From NCBI RefSeq assembly GCF_001447785.1, contig NW_015172574.1, positions 355,403 to 419,402 of the forward strand: a stretch of 64,000 nucleotides of DNA. The letters are read 5' to 3'. The number at the start of each line of letters is the position of its first letter. Positions within the stretch are counted from its first letter, which is position 1. Below the pieces are notes generated by a model that ran no database searches, was not told the origin of the DNA, and saw nothing but the letters and a program-made list of their open reading frames with translations. Position numbers and translations under genes: made by a program. Positions 50,572-62,408 of this stretch are shown piece after piece. This stretch comes from Gekko japonicus (taxonomy: Eukaryota).

Positions 50572-50899
50572 TAGGGGTGTGCAAAAAAAATTTGGTATTT
50601 TTCTAATTCAGGTCTATTGCACCCCAAAATATTGGTATTCTGGAATATTGTATTAGAATTTGGGTATTCTGGAAACTCGAACTCATTTGGCTCCATTATA
50701 CCGTAATGGAGTTCAGAAGGCACAACTTGGCTGCACCCAAATAAAAGCCAAATAATATAGGCTTTTATTTGGGCATGGCTATTTTGGTAGCTGAATCAGA
50801 TTCTCTAATCTGATTCAGCTGAATAAATACCCCCCAAGCCCCGATAAGGTATTTTTCAGGTATTTATTTGGCTCGGTATATACTGAGCGCACACCCTTA
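50572..50899. mobile_element. hAT-like MITE
   Basis: TIRs TAGGGGTGTGC / GCACACCCTTA; TSD GTTGCATA / GCTGCATA. Confidence 0.8.
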
Positions 50900-51338
50900 G
50901 CTGCATATTGCATATTCAGAATAATTGAATCCGAAATCTAGTGCAGAGTATGGCTTTCACTGAAAGAAAGGCTGGTTGCACGTTCTCTTATGAAGGAAGA
51001 AAGCTTCTCAAATTTGCAAACCTGATCCAGGGCATCTCACTGACCTAGGCCAAGTACTGTTTTACCACTGCCACGCCCATCAACTCATATCTTAGCATGA
51101 AAACAATGGCACACAAAATGATTAGGTATCAATTTTGGTTGGTTCTTTAAATATTTCCCCATAATGACTACATCTTCTGTTCTTGTCATGTACAACCCAA
51201 ATTCTGCCTAAGGTGCCATATGTAGCACAATGTTGCAAAATCGTCTTAAGAAGACAGAGTTATTCTTTGCCTGTCTCTTCATATAACCAGCACTGGATGA
51301 AAAGCATAAGCTTGAGGGGGTTTTTTCCTCTCTGTCAG

Positions 51339-51461
51339 GCTCAAGCATCCCTCAGTGTGCTGGAGAGCTGAGACGCTGGACCAAAGGCTGCTACTCCCTA
51401 GTCCATGATGCCCAGACTACAGAGTTTGCCTTGGATCTGCTGCTCTTCTGTGGATGTGAAG
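51339..51461 (+). CDS. OGFOD1: OGFOD1 exon 11 ([23 protein letters not shown]...[12 protein letters not shown])
   Basis: CAG acceptor, GTCAGT donor, 123 nt. Confidence 0.94.
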
Positions 51462-53039
51462 GTCAGTTGGGGGAGGGGGTGCTTTTAGCTGTCTCAAACG
51501 ATTGGATGAGATTGGATGAAGTATTGGGCTGGATCCTGTGGATCCCCCCCCCCCCCCGGTGTTATGCCTGGATCCCTAGCAGAAATAATTGTAATCCCAT
51601 AACATTTCTTATAATAGTTTTCTTGTCCTGGCAGTTAGAGGTCACCACACAATAGACATTTTCACATAAATGTTACATTGCATTTGCAGTTCCTGGGAAC
51701 ATTATGAAGCTTCCTTGCTCAGACACATTGTTTCACTATAGCCATCACGTCATGTTCCAAGGGGTATATCCAGCAACACTCTGTTCAGTAGACAATGTGT
51801 GTGAGTTTGGACGTCCACTAACTTACATCCCCAATGTAAGGCTAGGTACGCTTCCTTCCTTGAATGAGAAACTGGTTTGTTTCGCTCATCCTTCTCCCGG
51901 GATCTCTGTTCCGTGGATAGGTAAATACAGTTCCATAAAATAAGTTCCCTTCTCTGTCTCTATAAGCTACAACCTTTATTTTCTGAACTTGAATGTTTGT
52001 TTTTAGAGTGCTCTTCAGTTAGTAAGCTTTGATTTTATTCTCCAATTCCTTTTAATAAAAACCATTTCATTAATTACAGCCTGGTTCATTTTGAGAGTCC
52101 TACTGTGAGGGGAAAATCCTGGTATACATAGGTATAGATCCTGCTTGATTTCCCTCCTCTTGTATTGTTTGGGTCTCCTTACTAATTCCCTAACATACTC
52201 AGGAGACCCTCACAACCACTTAGGGTAACACCGGCATAAGGGGTTTTTCCTCTGATGCAAGAGGCTCTGTGCTAGGGGAAAGCACAGCTGTTAACAGATC
52301 CATGGGCTCCAGCCACGCAGAAACTGATTGTGCAGGATTTGGATGTTCTAGTCCTCAATTCCCCGAGTGGTTGTACTTCCAGAGAGCATACTCCTGGGAT
52401 GCTGCATTGCACAACCCAAAGCACAGGTAAGCATCCCTAGGCACCCATGTTCTGTGGGTTGTTTCTGCAGACACAATAATTCAGTAGCATACACTTTTCT
52501 TATATTGCTGAAATTACAGCAAGAAACTAAGGCATTTAACGTAATAATTGGTATGCACTCACTACTCACTATTTCAGCCGAGTTAAATGAATTGAGTTAA
52601 ATTTAATAGTCCAACTTGACTTGATAACTTATCGACTCACTACATTTACTTTATGAAACAGTGCAGTTTTAGAAAAGGATTTTTTGCATGTGTGTGCAGA
52701 TTGCACTGGGAAGTTAGTTTCTAGAGAACTTTAAGAACCACCACCCATCACTATGCTGAAGCACTGCCTGCCTCCATCTGGGTTGAGGGGCAAGAAGCAC
52801 TGAAACAGCATTATTGCTCCCCTAGAATTGCAGCCCTTGACCTTGTCCTCTATGTTAGCCTCCGCGAGGGCTCTTCAGTCAAACTGGCAGGATATAAATC
52901 TAAAGCCAGTGAATATGCTTGCTTAACAGGTAGCTTTCTTCTTGTGCTTCACTTTAATCCAAATAGTATTGGGGGGGGGGTTGCAGTTGTTCTGTACGCT
53001 GTGACTATTTCAAATGATGCTGATTTCTCCTCTTTCAAG

Positions 53040-53098
53040 GTTGGGATGTGGAGTGGGGCGGCTTCACTTCGTACATTGCAAAAGACGAAGATGAAGAG
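53040..53098 (+). CDS. OGFOD1: OGFOD1 exon 12 (GWDVEWGGFTSYIAKDEDEE)
   Basis: AAG acceptor, GTAAGG donor, 59 nt. Confidence 0.94.
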
Positions 53099-53190
53099 GT
53101 AAGGTGGAGGGGACAGCCAGCTGGTTTTCAGGCTTGTTTCATTCAAGCCTGTGACTTGAGCACGTTCCTTAGTTTGGTTGGGGTAGCAGG

Positions 53191-53396
53191 CGGTGTTCCC
53201 TCTAAGCTGAGTTAGTGTGAACTAGCTTACAGTTTTTTACCTTCCGGCTCACACATTTTTGTCTTCACACAGAAAGAATGGCTCCAAAGCATACTGATTT
53301 ATGCAGTAGCCAGATCGTTCGCTTACAACTTTAATGCCAGTAGCTCACAAAGTTGAATTTTTGCTCACAAGACTCCACAGCTTAAAGGGAGCATTG
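53191..53396. mobile_element. hAT MITE
   Basis: TIRs CGGTGTTCCCTCTAAG / CTTAAAGGGAGCATTG; perfect TSD GTAGCAGG. Confidence 0.85.
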
Positions 53397-53659
53397 GTAG
53401 CAGGGTAATGAAGAGTTCGTCTTCCAGAAATATCAGAGAACTGCATAACCAGTTGCTTATTGTGACTAAGTGAAGAGATGTCAAATTTGCATGCTTCCTT
53501 GAAGAATCTGGATTTTATTATAGCCCAGAAATGGGCTCAGGGATGCTCAAGACATTCACCTTCTTCTTTTCCTGATACTGATATATCCCAAACCCTGCCC
53601 TGTAAAAATAAAACTAACTTTTGCTTTATTAACCATTCCCATTGTGTTCTCTCCTAAAG

Positions 53660-53821
53660 CTGCTGACTGTGAACCCAGAGAACAACTGTTTAGCTCTGGT
53701 TTACAGAGACCAAGACACACTGAAATTCGTGAAATACATCAACCACCGCAGCTTGAACCAGACAGCAACACAAGCTGAGACAACTGGATTCTGGGATTTC
53801 TGCTTTGTTTACTATGAATAA
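53660..53821 (+). CDS. OGFOD1: OGFOD1 exon 13 coding part ([17 protein letters not shown]...[11 protein letters not shown])
   Basis: AAG acceptor, TAA at 53819-53821. Confidence 0.95.
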   Translation: MLTVNPENNCLALVYRDQDTLKFVKYINHRSLNQTATQAETTGFWDFCFVYYE

Positions 53822-54194
53822 CTGATAGTAAAGGGTCATCCTTCAGAAGAAGAAAACTTGTGTTTTGGACTGGACCCCCTGCTGAAGAGAAAACAGTGGC
53901 AGTAGCTTCTGCTACAAGTTGAAAGAAGTGTCTAGGCTCTTACACAATCTTCCCTTTCTTCTGTTCTCCTGTTAATTCTGTGGCCTTCGGCAAACAACCC
54001 ACAGTGTCCAAACTGTATGTACTACTAAATCAACTTTGGCTGCAGGCTCCCTAGTTCTTGCCCGGCTTCAGATCAGGCTTGCATCTGAATATCCTAGGGA
54101 AAGCCATGAAAGAAGGATGGAGGGAAATGGTTTCTGTCCTGGAGCATCTTCCTTCATGAATGGAGAAGGAACTGCTCTGGTTAAAATACTCCAA

Positions 54195-54722
54195 GGCCCC
54201 AGTCACACGGGCTGGAAAATGCGGGGGGGGGGGAGCATGGCTGTTTGCCCCGGGGCAAATTAACACGTGACTGCGCGATCAGACATCCGTTTGAGGTCCC
54301 GTCGAGGTCCTGTGGCTAGGGGCGAGGTGCCAATCACATGACAGGCAAAGAAACAGGGCGGCGCAGCAAATGGTGTTGTTGGTTGTTGTTTTTTTACTTT
54401 TTTAAACTGAAGTGTGTGCATGCTCCGTTGGGTGCTTGTGCGCATCCGTGGAGACCTGGGGGGGGAAATGACCTGTTTGCGACGGGACATGGGCGGGTGC
54501 CGGATGCCACCGGAAACGCGATCAGACGCCCGCCCTTGCCCTGCGGTTTCCGGAAACTAGTACCTCAGAGGTACTAGTTTTTTTGCCCCGGATCTTTGGC
54601 GGGAAGCCTTGAGTGAGCCACGGGAGCTCTACGCTTCCCAGATGTGGCTGTGTGATCGCGCCCAGAAAATCCGCCTGTCTTCCGTCTCTGTAGCATGGCT
54701 AATGCTCCGTGTGACCGCAGCC
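54195..54722. mobile_element. PIF/Harbinger-like MITE downstream of the OGFOD1 stop
   Basis: TIRs GGCCCCAGTCACACGG / CCGTGTGACCGCAGCC; TSD CAA. Confidence 0.7.
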
Positions 54723-55960
54723 CAAGAATGGTTTCTTTCTAGTGTTTTTCTACAACAGATCTGTGCTAACCTCAACAGAAAGAAGATGGATTCAGCTGGC
54801 ATGCAGTAGTAACATACTTTTCCCCTTGGGACTTTTGCTTGTAAAACAGTTAAGCAACAACTGGCTAAAAAAATTATCAGGCTCAGGGCTTTAGTGCAGT
54901 GCCACACGGGTTTCACAGGACAAGCAGTTGTGTGTGGGGTGCTAAACAGCCACCACTGAAGATTAGATGGCCTAGCCATAGATCCTTCATCTGTCTAATA
55001 TACAGCACATTCACATCAAAAGGAATGCGTGTAGCATTATTTTACTGTTTCTCCCTCTGTTCAACACTGATGCTTTGAAGTGATGTGTATCTAAAAGTCT
55101 GTGGTTATGTGTCACTATCTGGGAGGGACTCAAGACCAACAGTTTGAACAGTATTGTTCCATGCAGCGTAGCTGTTACCCACCAATAGTATAGGGTAAGG
55201 CTACGTGGTGTCTAAGCTGTGTTGCTTCTCCTTCAGACGGGTTTTGTTTTATTTCTGCTGTCAAGTCACAGCTGACTTATGGCAACCCCATACGGTTTTC
55301 AAAGCAAGAGACATTCAGACGCCATTGCCTGCCTCCATGTAGGAGGCCAAATACTAATGAGGGCTGATCCTGCTTAGCTTCTGGCTATCTGGGTCCAGAC
55401 CGTACCCTGGCTCAGCCCAGCTACAGTTATCAATCATGTTTTATCACACTCTTCTTCTACAAAGCTCAGTGGCATACAAGGATCTCCCTTCTTATCTCTA
55501 CACCAGTCCTGTAAGGTAGACTGGGCTGACGGGTGCGACTGACCCAGGGTCATCCAGTACACTTAACTGTTTGGTGGGAATTTGAACAGGGGTCCCCCTG
55601 TGGTCAGACCCACTAGTTAATGTACTACAGTTGCTCTCAAACTAAATCCCAATAGACAGGCTATCCCTTGCTGTAGAGTAAAAAGGGATTTCACAGCCTC
55701 CAAAAGAAGTCAGCAAAAATGAAGCTGCATCTCAGACAGGCCAGTCGACTCAAAAGGTTTCTGATGCATGTTTGGATCAGATACATTTAAAAGTTTTGGG
55801 GGTTTAGATAAGGCAGCAGTGAAACTGCTAAGCATCGATCAGAGATGATACAAATGAAGCCACTGTGGAGAGTCATATAGAGAAGCAGCATCAATGGTTC
55901 CTCATACTGTTTGCTGTTTGCAAAGCACAAATGAGAGGGAGAAGCTGAGGTCTGTCTTGT

Positions 55961-55966
55961 TTTATT
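55961..55966 (-). terminator. Candidate BBS2 poly(A) signal AATAAA
   Basis: Canonical hexamer about 850 nt after the stop; TGTA at ~56018-56021 upstream. Confidence 0.6.
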
Positions 55967-56817
55967 GAAAATCCAAATTATTGTAAAATGCCAGTGACTT
56001 TGAAAATAGAAAGACTGTACATGGCTTTAAGCAGGTGAGCTGTTACTGCTCTGCACTTCTCTTTTAGATTCTGGGCCTTTCCGGTGGGCTTCTAAGCCTT
56101 TTAGAACCTCTAAAAAAATAGTGCAATATTACTACAGAAGGATCTTGATGTTTCTCCTTTCTCAGACCCCTACAACAGAACAAGCCATCTGCTTTGTATA
56201 GAAAACTAACCACGTGCCTTAAGGAGCAATGGTTCTTTTCGTCTGAGGGATATGGAGGCAATGAATGTACAAATGGTGATGGAGAGTAGATTTTATTAGG
56301 TAGTCTACAGAAGAAAACCTCAGCTACAGAAGAATCGGTGCAAGAAAAGAATATGCTTATGTCTCTTCAGCTGTCAGGAACCCCTAGAGAACAAAAGATG
56401 TACCCCCTGGAACTGAGCCACAGCACAGATGGAAACAGTGCTATGCAGCCAGCCAGTTCCACAGGGTGACTCTGCTGTCATTCTCCAGGGTCTCCTGATA
56501 GTTGAAGAGGCATAAGTGTACTATTTTCTTATGCTGATTCTTCTGTAGACTACTTAATAAAATCCCTTCTCCTTCACCATTTGTGTGCTCAGTACCTCCA
56601 TGTCCCTTAGAGGAAAAGAGCCATTGCCCCTTGCCATTACAACATACCAGATACCTGCTCATCCTACTCTGAGGAAGGGTTCTGCTTACCAAGCATTTGC
56701 TGGGGCTGATCTGACAGGATAAGCAACCCTCAGCCTGCCGCTATCTGCCCGTGTCCCTGACTCGGTGGCCTATTGCCAAGATCATCCAAACACATTCAGC
56801 TTCACCCTCCATTCCGA

Positions 56818-56924
56818 TCAGGACGAGGCTGTTCCTACACGCATGATCCTGAACAGCATATTGATGTTGTCATTCTTGATAGCATCCCGACAAGCCGCAA
56901 TCACTTGCATCTTGGGTTTACCAA
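56818..56924 (-). CDS. BBS2: BBS2 last coding exon ([35 protein letters not shown])
   Basis: CAG acceptor, TGA at 56820-56818; matches the BBS2 C-terminus. Confidence 0.95.
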
Positions 56925-58674
56925 CTGGGGGAAGAAAGAAAGAACTTGCATTACAGGTTGCATATGTTACAAGGGAAATCTACCTTTCAACCTTAAGGGG
57001 AAAGACCAAAATGGAAGTCATGAGGAATCTGCACAATCCTTTGTGACCCCAGATTCCCCATCCTACCCTCAAGAAGAAGCTCTTTGTGGTTACTGCGCGC
57101 TGAGGTATTTTGGAAAGGAAATTCCTTCAAAGCATAATGAAATACAGATGTGATCATGAGAACCACAGGATGTTAGTCCACCACCACCCCCGCTAGGGCA
57201 AGTTCTATCTTTTTACAGTGGATAAGAATAATATTGGAGAGTGTATAATGCACACATGTACATGCATCCTTTCCTAATATTTCATGCCAATTTTCAACTG
57301 GCGTATATGAATGGTCTCCTTCCCACCCCCATGCACTAATGGGCACACTCCTAAACAACTCTTTTCTAACACACAGTCACATTTAAGATGGAAAAGTAAT
57401 TAAAAACCCTGAAGCAACAAAGATGCGTGCATCTGGGAGTAGCTTCTGTATATTAGAGTCTGGATTTTCTTTAATCCACGACATCTGAAAAATCCAGTTT
57501 TACATTTCACAATGGAGAATCTATTCATAAAACCAAAGAATCCCCATAACCCAGTTTTCTAGCTTCTGCAGTACAGGTCTAGTTTACACAATACTTATGA
57601 TGCAATTGTTTATTACGGATTGATTAGATGGTTTTCCTGAGAATAATTGTAAGGTTTTTAAAAACTCCTTGTTTTAAGGGAATTTATCCAAGAGCAGAGG
57701 TCAATACTAGCTGTTTCCTCCTACATAGCTAAGGAGTAGCCTGTGCTCTTACTAACTCAAATACTCATTTGCTGTACAATTTTTGCAATGAATTTCCATT
57801 GCCCAATGCCATCCTTGGGGAGGATGGGAGAAGGGACTGCAGCATAGTGCTAACAGCCATGGCCCAGAATATCTCAAACCAGGCCGAGGATGCAGGTCAA
57901 TGCCTGGAGTCTGCATGGAATACAGTGGCAGGGAAAGTTGCCCCAATTACACCAAACAGGGAGAACGCGAGGCTCCTCATCTCCTGTGCCTTCCAGGAAT
58001 GTACAACTCTTTGAACTAGTTCTTGTGTGGATAGTATAAAATAGTCACAAGCTTCTTCAAACAGCATTTTACCTCCAAACTAGACACCCTCCCACAGTAC
58101 TTCCTCATCTGGTAAAGGTTACACCAGACTTGATGAATCAATCTGTACTGACAGGAAGGAGATTCTCTAGTCCCTCAAAATCCTTCATCCCAGAGCTTGT
58201 ATTTTTGATTCAGAGAGAGAAGAGACCATGAGAATGCTCCTCCTCCTCTTAAACTCTCAACTTGATGCTCAGTTCACCCCCTAAAAAGAAAGCCAGTGAC
58301 TCCCTTCAGTTGACCTAGCAAACAGTTACACCCCCTTTTCAGATACTACCATCACAGCCCTCCTCTTTATGGAGAGAGAGCTTCTCACATTACTTTTAAA
58401 AGACCAAGAAACATACCTGTGTTGGAAGAGCATTGGAAACTCTTTGAACACAAAGGTGTATCATGGCTCAGCAGAACCCCTCAAACAGTTCTGACATTCA
58501 GGCATCTTCCAAGGCAAGCCCCCCCACACACACACTTGAGTTGTGCACACCTGTGCCTTTCAAAGCTAGTGCAGTTAACTAATGCTCACTTCTTCAGTTT
58601 TCCTCTCGCCCATAAGCAGGATAAGAACATACACAACAAAAGTCGATCCTGTCCCAAGTTCCCCAAGCACATAC

Positions 58675-58823
58675 CTCGCAGGCGTCCTGCTCTTTGGATA
58701 GCCTGGTTTATTGCCTTAAGATTATTTAAGAACTCTGTGTGATTGGTGCAACGGATTTTATACTCAGACAGCAAATCTTTGTTGAGATTGTATAGTTCCA
58801 TGTATCGCCTCTTCATATTTTTC
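58675..58823 (-). CDS. BBS2: BBS2 penultimate coding exon ([49 protein letters not shown])
   Basis: CAG acceptor, GTATGT donor, 149 nt. Confidence 0.95.
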
Positions 58824-58981
58824 CTGAAGAAATAAACGCAAGGAGCACATAAACCCAGGACCAAAGAAAGTGATCAAGAATCAGTCTCTTTCAGCCACTA
58901 CAGTGACTGTTCAAGCCACAAAGGGACCACAATGACTAACCAAAGGTTGCACCTCACCAACATTCACTATGAAAAAACTGA

Positions 58982-60082
58982 TTCTATTCCAATTACAGTC
59001 CACAAACTTGCTTCTTCTTTTGTTCCTTTATTTTGCGTCATGCAGTGCTGCTCCCAGGCAACTGCCATGCGACAACAGATTTCCTAGGTACATATTCTGT
59101 TTTCCCCAATGCTTCGTCAGGTCACTTTTTTATACATGGAGCTGTTTTACAAATAAATTACAATATAGTTACAACTCTTATTCATTCATTATTTTTCAAG
59201 TGTGAGTAATCAACGACATGCTTACCCGATGCTCTAAGCCGCCTACTCAGAGTTAATCTTGTGTTTCCCTTTGGCATCTGCTGGCTCTCATTACTATCTA
59301 CACAGTTGCTCTGTTATCTTACCATGCCTTGGTTGCTCACACCTGTTACAGCCCATTGTCATTTCCAAATCTTATTCCAGGCAGCCACCAATTATAAAAT
59401 TATACAGATAGCTAAATAAATGAAGACTGAAATTTAAAAATCAAATAGGCTTCCTTGCATAACAATTCCTTAGCCATATCCACTCTGTTGTATGTATGTG
59501 GTTGAAATCTATATAATACAGAGACTCTTATTTCATCAGTATTGTGCCCAACTTCATTATAGTGGACAGTCATTGGGGCCTCCCAAATTTTGTTTTTAGT
59601 TACAATTTTATGTTCCATCATTCTCAACTTAATGCTTCTTATTGTTGACCCCACATATAATTTTTGACATGGGGAAACCGCTACATATTTCAGACCACAG
59701 GAATTACAGTTATTAAATTGGTCTATATTCCATGTTATATTAAGCTGAGGATGTTGAAAAACATGCCTTTCCATCACCACATCACAGGCAACACATTTTC
59801 CACATTTGAAAAATCCAACAGGTAAAGTTGATTCACTACCCCTTATTTTAATCATATCTGACCTGACCACTATATCTTTAATGCTATTAGATTTTCTCCA
59901 TCCTATCTCTGGTGGTAAGCTACATCCTGGCAATGTATCAATTAAATACCAATGTTTATATATGCTTACGTACATATGTATGTATGTTTCCTATGTACCT
60001 AGGAAATCCATTGTCGCATGGAAATTGGAAGCAGCAGCAGCACTGCATGACGCAAAATAAAGGAACAAAAGAAGAAGCAAGT
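58982..60082 (-). mobile_element. Penelope-like element (Neptune-type) remnant: GIY-YIG ORF fragment between inverted terminal repeats
   Basis: ORF 59412-59975 with a CGKCVAC zinc-finger-like linker, KYVAVSPCQKLYVGST..R..EH, conserved H and E; inverted repeat 59006-59092 / 59992-60082. Confidence 0.85.
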
Positions 60083-62408
60083 GGGCTTTCGTTTTGTGGT
60101 GCTTCACCTTCGGACGTTTCCCAGGAGAGCTCCTGTGGAAACGCCGAATCTCCAGGTCCTTTGGGGGGGTCTAGGCTTGTCCAGACCCTGATGAGTCTTC
60201 CTGGAGGGGGGCTTATTGCAGAGGGCTTGATCCGGGAGCTCTCATGCGCGGCGGTGCGCAAGTAGACCCCAGATCGTCCTGAAGTGGGGACCTGCGAGAG
60301 AGTGCTCTTTGGAAGCCATTGAGCACAAAGAGGTGATCAGTCACTTGTAACGAGAGTAATTCTGAGCCTCATCTGTAACATCGATGAAAATTCTTACCAT
60401 GAGTACTAAAGCAACATTAAAGAACTCAATGATCGTTTGCCTATGCCCCTTTAAATCTTAAAAAGACAAGGAAAGGATGGGTGGAATTCCCCCCTTCCCT
60501 CCACTTCGCAGCGACGAGGACGAGTTAGGTGGGGGGGGAGCTGTACTAAAACTCCTTCAGGGCAAAAAGGATATAGGCTGTTATCTGAACTCTTAGTATC
60601 TTTTCTTGGACTACAGATCTGTGTAAACCTTGGGTTTTCTTGTTACTTTTCAGCTTCTGGATTTAAATGATTCACGGAACTTATATACAGCCTTTTAAAA
60701 AAAAGAATGAGTAAATAACTTTAACAGAGAATATATCTCAATGAAAGAACCACAAATCTTCCTTGAGAAAGAAAGAGAGACATTTAAAACTGAATCTCTG
60801 GCTTTGAAACAGTTTCCCATAACATCAGACTTATTGTTGAAAAAATAACTTCATAGTGCGCAGACTCCATTCTACAACTGCAAAACAGCTGACCTGTGTT
60901 GAAAGATTCCTGGTGGTTAATATCTCTGCTGGAGAAGCTATCTTCAAATGTCATCAGTGGTCTAGGGACTATTGAAAAACAGTTACAGAGGCTTTTGCTT
61001 TGCTTGACTGAGCTAGCATTCAATACTGTTAAAATGAGTGCACAAGAGAGCTTTGCTGATATTACTCTGGAACAGATCCTGTGGGAGGAGCTCAAACGCT
61101 TAATTTACAACACAGTCAGTCTAGCTGTTGAGAAAGCGTTTGATTTAATACAAGACAAAAAGGAAAATACATCAACACAAATTACAATTAAGACAAAGGA
61201 CCTCAGCAGCTGACTCTTCAGGATACAGATCAAATTTACAAGCAAGAGGACGAACCCTACAGAGTGACATATAAACCAAAAAGAGGAAAAAAATCTACAT
61301 AAAACTTTAACAGAGCTTTCAAAGGTCAGACAAACACTGAAATCCTCAAAGATATGAAGGAAAAATTATTCCAGGGAGAAGATACAACAGAATCTATGGA
61401 ATCCTCAACTGCCAGGATTGAATATAGATGGAGAGTCTTAAAAGAACGCCTTTCCACTTACATAGACAAGAGACATAGAGCTAAGACATTAGTGAAGAGA
61501 ACCAAAAAAACCCCCAACCACACAACTATTTAAGTTTTATAAATAAGGCTAGGATTGGAGTCTTTCTGTATAGTAACTAATTAAGTCTGGGTATTTTGGA
61601 ATTTGGATTTATATATTTATAGAACATTGATACATGTTAAATCTATTCAGTGGAAGATGAAATTAAAATCACTAGGTATCCTTGATAAAAGATGATTTTA
61701 AGAATTGTAGAAGTTTAAATTTGTATTCTTGTATTATTAAGATCACAATTATAAGTGTTTGGGGTTGATTTAGGGAACCCTTTTATATGGCAACTGATTA
61801 AGATTTGTGATGTTGGAACTTGATTGGGAAGATAAATTTAAATTTCTTAGGTAAAGATGATTATAGATAGGAGTACGATTTTGTATACTTATAGAGTATT
61901 GATGAATACCAAATGTATTTGTAGAAGCTGAAACCAAAATATTTAGGAACTCTTGGCAAAAGAGGTTATTTAGAAATGTAGAAGGTCAAATTGTATTATT
62001 GAGTTGAGTAACTATAAGTATGAAAGAGAGGTTAGGGAAGCCTCTTTAAAAACATTAAATCAGTGTAAACACAGCTATGCAATGAAAGACCACTTAAAAA
62101 ATTTATAGAATTATAAGAAAACCAGTATATGAGCATATGTGTTTATGAAACTCCAAAGTATACTTAAATTTATTATTATTAGAAAATTATATTAATAGAA
62201 AATTATAACGGAAAGCTTAGATAATGCTTAAGTAGTAAAAGATCTGTAATGATAAAGTATAGAGTTGCAAAATTTTATGGCTTTTTGGTAGAAAGATAAA
62301 TAGAAACTTATCTATGAGGTAGCTTAAGAGATATAATGGTGTTGAGATTACTCTCCTTTATGTTTGTACTGTCTGTTTTGTGTAAAAATAATTTAAAATT
62401 TTATTTAA
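60083..62408 (+). mobile_element. 2.3-kb TSD-flanked non-autonomous retroelement (L1-dependent?)
   Basis: 16-bp TSD AAAAGAAGAAGCAAGT at 60067-60082 and 62409-62424; GC-rich 5' end, AT-rich 3' end. Confidence 0.7.

Noticed and set aside
59412-59975. 187-aa GIY-YIG ORF as a domesticated nuclease gene
   Set aside because: Truncated at both ends, no promoter or splice evidence, and embedded in Penelope inverted repeats
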